Below are positions 55,261 through 64,000 of a stretch of 64,000 nucleotides of DNA, piece by piece. The DNA lies in NCBI GenBank assembly GCA_040954595.2, contig CM082594.2, positions 4,511,319 through 4,575,318 on the forward strand. Reading direction: 5' to 3'. Made by a program: the position numbers and the translations under genes. The notes beneath the pieces are model-generated. The model had not been told where the DNA came from, did not search any database, and saw only the letters and a program-made list of their open reading frames with translations. The DNA is from Balanoglossus misakiensis. Taxonomy: Eukaryota > Animalia > Hemichordata. Positions within the stretch are counted from its first letter, which is position 1. Every line of letters starts with the position of its first letter.

Positions 55261-58200
55261 ATGAGAGCAGTCTGGTGTTTCATATTCCAAGTCATCCTCA
55301 TACATGGAGGTAGACTGGTTGCGTGGACACGAACAACGGGTGATACAACTCCCCCATTTCCAAGTACAACACCTGGACGACTAGCGCACCACACCGACGC
55401 CCGAATTCCGTCCTTCACATCAACAGCCGATCTCGTGTCTGTAGACAATGGTGTCTCCACAGACGAGTCGCTGGTGTCGTCAACGTCTGAACAAGGCCAC
55501 CTGCCCACCGCCACATCGCCTTCCGATGACCCCGGTGACGGACTCGAAGCGACTTTGGAGCCACGGTCGGTGTCGTCCAGTACGACTGAACCGCTCCCGG
55601 TTAACCATTACATCGACGTGGAATCGCAGGAGTGCCTGTACGCCGACACCGGCGAGCGAATAGCCTCGTGTCTCTCGCCGCACGGACTGGTCTGCAACGG
55701 CAGCGCGGCGGCCAAACTCAGACGATTCGACAGTTTCATGTGCAGCTGCGAGCCCGAGTGCTTGGCGCGCAAGGACTGCTGCGCCGACTACGAAGAAAAG
55801 TGCTTCGGTGGTGATGGAGAGCGTCCGCGCCTCGATGAAGTGTCGGGGACAGAGCGTTGCATCCGCGCTCGAAACGGCTTATTGGACATCATTGCAACTT
55901 ACAGGTGCCCAATCGGTTGGCCACACGACGATATCCGTCACCGATGCGAAGACAGCAACGGTAAGGAAAACTAAATCTAGTCAGGTGGAAATTTCAGAAA
56001 ATGAGCATTTTAAAAGCATGTCAGGCATTTTTTGGTACAAGCTGGGAACAAGTTGTTTTTGGATATTTCGAATACGCTGATTTCGAATTTGCCTGTTCCC
56101 AAAAATTCTTTTCACGTTTTCATGTCGAAAATGGCAAATTAATTTGTGACGTCATAATTTCAAAATACCTAAAAGAAAACGCTGTTTGTAGCCGCTATGG
56201 TGCAATATCACAGGTCAACACCATAATAGTCTATTGAAATCATATTCGTATATTCATTTAAATATTTTTAAACAATTTTTTTAATTTAGAAACATTTTGT
56301 GAATTGGTAAAATGCTAATTTATGTTAATTAGGTCCAGGTGGAAATTTCAGAAAATGAGCATTTTAAAAGCATGTCATTCATTTTTTTTGGTACAAGCTG
56401 GGAACAAGTTGTTTTTGGATATTTCGAATACGCTGATTTCGAATTTGCCTGTTCCCAAAAATTCTTTTCACGTTTTCATGTCGAAAATGGCAAATTAATT
56501 TGTGACGTCATAATTTCAAAATACCTAAAAGAAAACGCTGTTTGTAGCCATTATGGTGCAATATCACAGGTCAACACCATAATAGTCTATTGAAATCATA
56601 TTCTTATATTCATTTAAATATTTTTAAACAATTTTTTTAATTTAGAAACATTTTGTGAATTGGTAAAATGCTAATTTATGTTAATTAGGTGACACGCCCA
56701 TCTAAAATCAATGGTCTACAAAAGAGAGCCAACAGTGTTAAGTGAGGTGTCTATTGCAATGTTTTCAGGGTCAAGGAATTCAAATATGCAATCGATTACC
56801 TTGTCAGACAAGGTGCAGCATGGAAAATATGCAAAATTAGCTTAATTACTCACGATGTCATGCTAAAATTGACAATTGAAAGCTAATGATACGACTATGG
56901 CCTGTGAGGTGTCTATTCACATGTTTTTTGGCAAATGTTTGCATTTTAATGAATAACTGAAATGAAACTTTTCATATTTGTATGTAATAGCATGTAAAAA
57001 ACAACAAAAAACAAACAAAGAAACATACACAACGAGGATTTAGTTTAGACTGTACATGCTCGTTGGTAACATCGTGACCGATCGCTCCGTTAAAAAAACA
57101 CCAGAACATTGAACGTATGAACGTTTAGGTCCACAATTCACAAGTTATTGAACTATGAATGTATGTTCAATGTTGTGAAAAGCCAAAAACATACTTTTTG
57201 CCAACAAAACTGGCATTTGTTAACGTACAAGTTGTTCATTAATAGCGAAAGCATCGTATGGTCACACTCACATTATGCCAGCACCGTATATTCATGCTTA
57301 GTTATAAGACGTTGAATGCACACTGATGGCCCGACGTCCTCGGTGTTTTTTTGAAACCCGTCTCTAACAACAATTTCTCTTCATAAGTAAAGAGTAATGT
57401 GTATTTTTATTACGTTTTTATATATGATACTGTGTGCAAAGTGAAGATTGTGTCAGTGAGGCAACATATATACATGTATGTTTAATCCACTTGGGTGTCG
57501 TACTTGGCTCAGATGTGCGTTAATGTGTACTAAACAAATTCAGATAGCGAGCCACAATATCTGTTGATGAGTTTCCATGGCAATCATTTTTTTTCATTTT
57601 TTCGAAATGGCCGCCAATACAGATAATCTCACCCGCAAAATAACAATTATAAAACACCACAATAAATTCATATTACAATATTTGAAACAAGAAACTGCTC
57701 AAATTTTCAAAATATATATCATCACTAAACTAGTTATAGGGGTAAATACAGGATCGAGATTCAGTCGCTAAAGAAATTCAAGTTTGGTAATAACCCCGGT
57801 TACAACAAACTTATTTAAAACACTGTATAACCATATATATATTATAATAGTGGCCTGGCATAAACACAATTTTCGTAACATTTGGGCATTTTGTGATAAA
57901 AGTTTAACAAGTAAAGCTCAGTTGATTCGTTATTTTCCCCATAAAAATATCTTTGATGAACAAAATTCCAAATTTAGTCAACCCAGGAAAAAACGGCATC
58001 TTGTTTCTCAACCTTATAAATTGATCTGACCAGTTTGAATCAGTGCAGAATCCAGCTTTTCTATTTTATCTTCATCAAATGATTCATGCAGATAAAGAAT
58101 CACTTCCCCATAAAATGGTGGCAGAAATCCAGTATCATGACAGTCGATTGGTTTGTTAAAGTTACTATAGAAACTAACTATGTCTAGGGTGCATGTACAT

Positions 58201-61200
58201 AGATAGATGTTAGGAATCAAAATCAAAATCTGTTTCAAACTTTTCATCCAATACTTGTCCTTCGGAAAGCGTTTTGATGAAGTCGCTTGAAGTGCTTTGT
58301 ATTGCTCATGTTATCGATAATTTTAAATTTAATCACACCTTGATGATAGTCAGCAGTTCTATTTTGACATGTTATTTTGTGTATTTGTGAACCCCCAAAA
58401 GAATAAAATGATAAAGTGAAAATAAGCTTCAAAACACCAAAAGTCTTCAAGATCACAGCTTTTCTGTAAAGAGTAAGATTTCGCTTACTTCATGCTATTA
58501 AATGAAATGAAGTTTTCCGTAATATCTCTTGCAAAGTCAGATCTTTACACATTGAGATATTAGAATGGAAGTACATTCCAAGTGACTTGTTGGGAGCCTT
58601 GGGGCACCTAATCCCAGAAAATTGCAATAAGACCTGTTTTTCCATTTACCAATCTAAAGGCCAACTGCTTGTATATTTAGTTGGGTTTCTATAATTAACA
58701 CACATTTTTGACAATATTTATGGCATGATGGACACTATTCTCGACAAATAAAATAATGTTGTGTCCTCCGGTGTAATTTTTATGAGTTTGGAATCATAGA
58801 CACCATTTATCTTTTGGTCAACTCTGTTAACAGTCGCCAAAATTGCTGGAGTGGAACTGATACATGATCTAAAGTATCAAGACATATGGTCGATTATTAA
58901 CGTTTCAGCAATTTGACTTAAGTTTCTTTAATTTCCTATGGCATTTTGACAAACATTAACGCTCCGAAAAAACGTTGTCAACGCTGCGGTGGCGATTGTG
59001 GTCGAAACAAAGCCGCTTGGTTCGTTACCCGGGGTCCATTTAGATTGCATTGCGTTTGAGGCCCTATGTCTGTCGACCAATAAACGTGACGACCGCGGAC
59101 TCAGTTTGGATCAACGTCTATTTCGGGCAGTGGACTCTCCTATCAAGTTGATAAGGAAATTTTACCAGTCACGAGTAAGCCAAGCCCACATCCGTGTGCA
59201 ATTCGAATATATCGGTGATCTGTTTATATGATTATCATTAGCTAAGGTGGTAAACTGTTGTGATTCATATGTGTAATTTACGTACTGCAAGTTAAATATC
59301 GCAATTAGCCTAATGTTTGACCATAGACAGTATGGTTTGACTTCTAGAGGAACACCTATTAATCCGAAAGGGATTAAAAGTTGTGCCTTTAAATTGTGTT
59401 TTGATAACTTACTTACCCCTATAAGTAGTTTAGTAACCATAATATCTTTGCAAATCATTCTTTCCACAGTTCCTTGTATCAAATATAGTAATCTAAATTT
59501 ATTTTGGTGTTTGCAGATGTTATTTGGTGGGTGAAATTATCTGTATTGGTGGCCATTTTGAAAAATTGGTTGCCATGGAAACTCATCAACAGATATTTAG
59601 TGGCTCCCTATCTGAATTTATTTAGTACACATTAACACACATCTGAGCCAAGTTTGGTGCTTTTATCACAAAATGCACAATCGCTATGAAAATTAGGGTT
59701 TGGCCGCTCCACTACGGGGCTTTAGACGGCCATATTGAATTGCCACATCGAGGCTCTTGTCTCAAAATGAACTTCACACTTGAAGTATTGTTTTGAACAA
59801 GGTTTAAGTCCTTTATTAAAATAAAGAAAAGGTAATTTTTTCCAATGCTTGTGAGTTTTCAGTACATGTACTGTTACACCTAGCTTTATTATTATTAGGT
59901 AGCCAAAAATCAACGAATTATTCATACAATATGCAAATTTTTGCATAATTATTGTTTTATTGTTGCTATTTTGTGTTTATACAACCAAAAAAAGTTGTTG
60001 ATGTAAACATGTAGTTTAGTTTCATTGTTTAAGGAGGTACGTGAACATTTCTTTGATGCTATTCATGTGAGAATTGCGATCCTTGGCGGCCATTTTGATT
60101 TGCCAAAACGAGGCTCTTATCTCAAAAAGATCTTTTGGGAACAGGCATTTTCGAAATCAGCGTAGTCGAATTGACCAAAAAACATATTTGGTTTGCTTGT
60201 ACCAAAAAATGCCAGAGGGGGTCACAATTTCTCAAATCTCCACCTGACTAATCTTACAGTGCCAATCTAGCGTCTAATTGGATATATTCGGACCCAATCT
60301 GATTAAAATCAGATGTAGGGAACGGCGACTTGTTTTTTTTTTATGCTGTCGCCTCACACCGGCGACAGCATAAAAAAACCAAGTCGCCGTTCCCTACATC
60401 TGATTTTAATCAGATTGATTCGGACCCAGTCCACCAATTTCTTGAGAAATTCCTGTACGAGCTTTACCCGCAGAGGGACATCCCGTCACCGCCGTTAAAT
60501 TATGATTTTTATGCCGTGAAGATGTCTAAATCGTAATATCTTCTTTCTTTCTTTTTTTTCTTTCTTTTTTTAAATCCAGATGTGTCGGTCTATGGCGCGG
60601 TGCCAGTAACCGATTCGGCTGGGAACGTGTACACGAATATCTTTTGCGCTCTGTGCCACGGTGTGAACGCGTCCAGTGTCCAGTTCACCCCACTTGTGTG
60701 GGAGTGCAGCACCGCAAGCGGCATCGTGGCGAGGGTTCGGAACAGCGGCAACATCTCCTCGGTCATGTCCGAAGTGAAGTCGGAGGCGGAGTGCGAAGTG
60801 CTGCCGCTAATCGACCCAGCTCTCAGGAAGGAGAGCGCCGACTGTTTGCACCCCATTGAGACTTGCCCTCCCGGTTTCCATAACGACACACTCGTCGACC
60901 TTTGTCACGGCTACGCTGCGGTTGTCGCGGTGTCCGTCCTTGAAGGCAGATTTCACGTGTACAAGTTTTACAAAAACATGCACTGCGCATTTTGCAATGA
61001 GCAGAACATTGTGATGCAGTGGGTAACGTGCGGCCTACCGCCCCTGATTCACGTGCCCATCTATCGCAATCCAACGTTTGATGTGCTGCTTGATTTTAAC
61101 ATGCAAGGTGAACAACGCGTTATTTTTGGGACGACGGAATTTCTTGAGCAGTGGAATTGTGAGGAGCACGAATTCTTTGATATGCTTCAAGAAAAATGTG

Positions 61201-62852
61201 TTTCAGTGTACAATTTCGACCGCTCTGGCCCGACCTCGGGCCGATCGACAACGTACCCATTATCGCCGGGTGGGTTAAATCCAAACGTTTCCACGGAAAC
61301 GTTCACAATTTTTTCGATATTTCACATGTCTGGGCCTGCGCAAAACGACAAATGTGACGGCAACGATGTGGAACGACGCATTGCCCCACTTATCCGAAAC
61401 CTTTTCGAGCAAAATGTTCGCGATGTAGTTATATCCCAAAACCACTCGTCGGAAGCCCCCGGGGTCTGTGAGATAAAAGTGTCTACCACAAGCGTAGTAG
61501 ACTCGTCGTTCACGCGGGACTTTTTCCCCGTGGCGTGTGCGGCAAGCTGGGCGGAAGTAGCTCCGGTGTTATCGGATATGGGCGTTGCTATGGGCGCGGT
61601 CTCGTTCGAAAAACGGGACAGCATTTGCGGTAACAGCACAGACCGAGTGAAAATCAAAGGTGACGTATTGCACGGGAGTAATGCAACTTCAAACGAAGAC
61701 ATCATGTCCAATATAACATCGCATCCACTGTACAACGCTTCACTATTGCATTCTAAAACGTGTCACTATGAGTCTAGTGAAAACTCCAGCACGCCAACAA
61801 ATATGAACATAGAAGTTGAAATGTGCAAGTCGCGAGACAGCTCACTGTTCAGTTGTCCTGGGGGAGTGATTTCAAAAATATTTGAGGGCATGTTTTGGGT
61901 AAGCAATGATGAAGTCCTTTCTGTCGGTTCATCGAGATACCCAAAGGGAAAGTATATTTTGTCCGACGACTTATCCCACGCCTTTGTATGCCAGGCTAAG
62001 AATGCAAGAATTTTGATTTGGCAAACGAGCTCTAAGACCAAACTTAAACAGATGCTGACGCTTGCCGGTTGCATTCTGTCCATAGCCTGTCTGTTCGTTA
62101 CAATCATCACATTGTGCACTTTCAAACGCACGAGAAACCGCCCAGGGAAAATCATATTGAACTTGTCCTTGGCTCTTCTGCTGGCCCAGTTACTGTTCAT
62201 AACCGTTCTCGATGTCACCAAGTTCCCGTGGCTGTGCAAAACGGCTGCAGTTGCGTCACACTACGTGTGGCTGGCAGCGTTCTGTTGGATGAGTGTCATG
62301 GCAGTAGACATCGTCTACATGCGCGCCAAACTGACACCTGCTAACGTTGGCGGCGCAAGGGTGTTTCTGTACTACTGCCTGTATGCCTGGCTGTTGCCTT
62401 TCTTGTTTGTGGGAATCTGCGTGTGCATTGACAGCTTTGCCCCGCACGATTTCCAGATTGGCTATGCTGTAGGCCCTGTCTGTTGGATTGGCCGGCTTAC
62501 GCCCCTGATTTTCACATTTTTGGTGCCCGTTGGAATCATCCTGGTCTTGAACGCCATCTGTTTTGTGTACACTGTTTGCGCCATGCTGATTTCCGAACGG
62601 GAGATGAAAAAGCATCGCCAGAAATCATACACAGCTGAGCACATCATCTTCTCTATAAAGATGTCAACTGTGATGGGACTGACGTGGGTAATTGGGTTTG
62701 TGGACGGTTTTGTTAAGGTCGACGTTCTAGACTACATCTTCATTGTCGCAAACACCTTACAAGGTGTGTTCATCACTGTGGCTTTTCTGTTGCGCACGCG
62801 CACGGCCGGGTTATATCGAGACATGTGTTGTAAAACTCGTGATAAAAACTGA
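55261..62852 (+). CDS. Class-B (secretin/adhesion/methuselah-like) GPCR with somatomedin-B and Cys-rich ectodomain, ~990 aa
   Basis: Exon 55261-55960 encodes a signal peptide, an S/T-rich stalk and an SMB-like CSCEPECLARKDCCADYEEKC. It joins in phase 1 to exon 60580-62852, which encodes two Y.N..CA.C repeats and a 7TM region with class-B motifs (GCILSIACL, NLSLALLLAQ, HYVWLAAFCWM, YAWLLP, CWI, VMGLTWV, NTLQGVFI). Total 2973 nt in frame. Probable 5' UTR acceptor at 55241. Confidence 0.88.
55982..56690 (+). repeat. Near-perfect ~355-bp tandem duplication
   Basis: Units 55982-56335 and 56336-56690 differ at only a few positions. The ORF track shows the same peptide twice. Confidence 0.9.
57503..59714. 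mobile_element. Inner inverted-repeat element nested in the Academ-like transposon
   Basis: 57503-57746 is the diverged reverse complement of ~59412-59653. The right end terminates ...ccgctccacta (CTA terminus), and a TAGTGG terminus-like match occurs at 57848-57902. Confidence 0.55.
57930..58900 (-). pseudogene. Decayed L1/Tx1-type LINE ORF2 fragment (C-terminal to reverse transcriptase)
   Basis: Minus-strand translation with stops and frameshifts gives SLGMYF...*SKRNLTLYRKAVILKTFGVLKLIF, DYHQGVIKFKII...HFKRL, LPPFYGEVIL and GILFIKDIF. This is the order and pattern of the L1/Tx1 ORF2 motifs (YLG, W..R.L.L.G+...+K, GGL, LP.FY, GI..I.D) as I recall them. Confidence 0.55.
60295..60417. mobile_element. 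Palindromic MITE with 9-bp TSD (MULE-like), copy 2, opposite orientation
   Basis: Same arms as 49897-50018, with the loop inverted (tcacacc versus ggtgtga). TSD attcggacc at 60286-60294 and 60418-60426. Confidence 0.88.
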
Positions 62853-63486
62853 CGGTTGACGATAAAATTTGTCAGCGAATCTGCTGGGTGAACTTCAGTG
62901 CATGAAGTAACGCAATATATAATCATTTCAATTGGCTAGTGAATTTTCTCACATACGTACATACGTATTAGCGTGCGTGAGTGATTTGTTTGTTTGTAAT
63001 GAAAATGTATTCTTTGTGGAAAACTTTTGACATTTGGCGTTTCTAAAATGTTTATGGAGTCTGGCTGGTATTTTGTCAGCAACTGCAGGGAATACACTCG
63101 ATTTTGAAAGAAAACAAGTACATGTGATACATACAATATACTTACCATACAAACAATGTATGTACTAGTTAACTAGTAAAATTTTGCCTCTGTATTTTGA
63201 TAATTTTTTTGTCAATGTAGTTTCCACTTTTTCAGATTTCTCAATAGATGTTAAGAGTAGAGATTTTGAATACAAGATTTTGCAAGACTGTGTCACTACA
63301 TATAATTAGTTGTTCAATTGCAAAAAAAACACGTATTTGTATGCTTTGTGATTTTTCCCTCTTTGTTCTAGTAAAAATGGAGATTCTGTATAAATGTAAT
63401 GTAGTACAAATAAATGTGAGCAACAGTGCCTCCAACCCCTAGTTTTACTCCACTTCAAAAGTCTGGTCTGGTGTGTCCTTTGTTCA

Positions 63487-64000
63487 CTTAGATCAGCGAA
63501 AACTGACTCCCACCAAGGCCAATTGAAGACACAGAAAGACCGAAAGGAAAACGAAAACGGGGTTTAAAATTAATCGACATATAGACCACACGCAACCTTA
63601 CATCCTGGCATCCTTTTCGCTCGGATGAAACTTGTAGTTTTTTTTTCTCTTTGCCCCTGCGCTGATCCCGGCACCTGAAAGGTCGGATTTTTAGTCGCAG
63701 TTGAGCAACGACAGCAATTTTGGAACAGTCATATTTGTCCTTCGGGGTGCGCGCATGCGTACGTGTAGTACTAATGCGTCACGTCTTTTATTCTCCCATA
63801 GTCAGTTGCCAGGTTTTTTTAATTATTGCCTAGATTCTTTTTCCACTTTTACATCGAAACGCGTATGTTTTTCCTGTAAACGCCGTTAAATCCTACTCGT
63901 TTAGTGTAGCCAATCAGAGTAATCCGCGGTTCAACCAATCACATTTCATGCTCTTTTTGAATGGCAGTTTCCCATCGTCCGCCCCTTTTCTCAACCAACA
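63487..64000 (+). repeat. Second copy of the GPCR upstream segment (runs off window end)
   Basis: Direct, diverged repeat of 54025-54521, offset by about 9.46 kb. Confidence 0.8.

Larger units (their letters stand above)
55978..60250. mobile_element. Non-autonomous composite DNA transposon, Academ-like, filling the GPCR intron
   Basis: Imperfect ~130-bp TIRs: tagtcaggtggaaatttcagaaa...ggcattttttggtacaagc...gctgatttcgaa...gcctgttcccaaaa at the left end, with its reverse complement ending cacctgacta at the right end. TAG...CTA termini with ATC on both flanks. Confidence 0.7.

Noticed and set aside
56001-56593. Twice-repeated ~80-aa ORF
   Set aside because: Product of a tandem duplication of a transposon end, with no coding signature.
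1-64000. CRISPR arrays, operons, tRNA/rRNA genes, prokaryotic defence systems
   Set aside because: The sequence is spliceosomal-intron-containing animal DNA. I saw no regularly spaced repeat-spacer array or recognisable structural RNA gene.

Overview
Eukaryotic, intron-rich animal genomic DNA. The gene set and repeats look like an invertebrate deuterostome (hemichordate/echinoderm-like), but the species cannot be fixed from sequence alone. I reconstructed five protein-coding genes by hand from GT-AG splice sites with consistent reading phase. (1) A 5'-truncated ERICH2-like gene (+, 93-7336). (2) A CSAD/GADL1-type PLP-dependent acidic amino-acid decarboxylase (+, 10801-18510, 14 coding exons, ~532 aa). 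(3) A TGF-beta type II receptor, TGFBR2 (-, 21524-28581, 6 exons, ~693 aa). (4) Sorting nexin 4 (+, 32547-45874, 12 exons, ~431 aa). (5) A somatomedin-B/Cys-rich class-B (adhesion/methuselah-like) GPCR (+, 55261-62852, 2 coding exons, ~990 aa). Introns and intergenic DNA carry many MITEs (Kolobok-, Harbinger-, mariner-, piggyBac- and MULE-like signatures) and a 4.3-kb nested Academ-like element containing a decayed L1/Tx1 LINE fragment. There is no prokaryotic-type system, CRISPR array or RNA gene. Four observations stand out. The ERICH2-decarboxylase-TGFBR2 block unites two linkages that sit on different human chromosomes. The decarboxylase has an atypical PLP motif (WCQHK) and a possible alternative first exon. 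The GPCR lacks a GPS motif. Its ~500-bp upstream region recurs right after the gene, suggesting a tandem receptor array.
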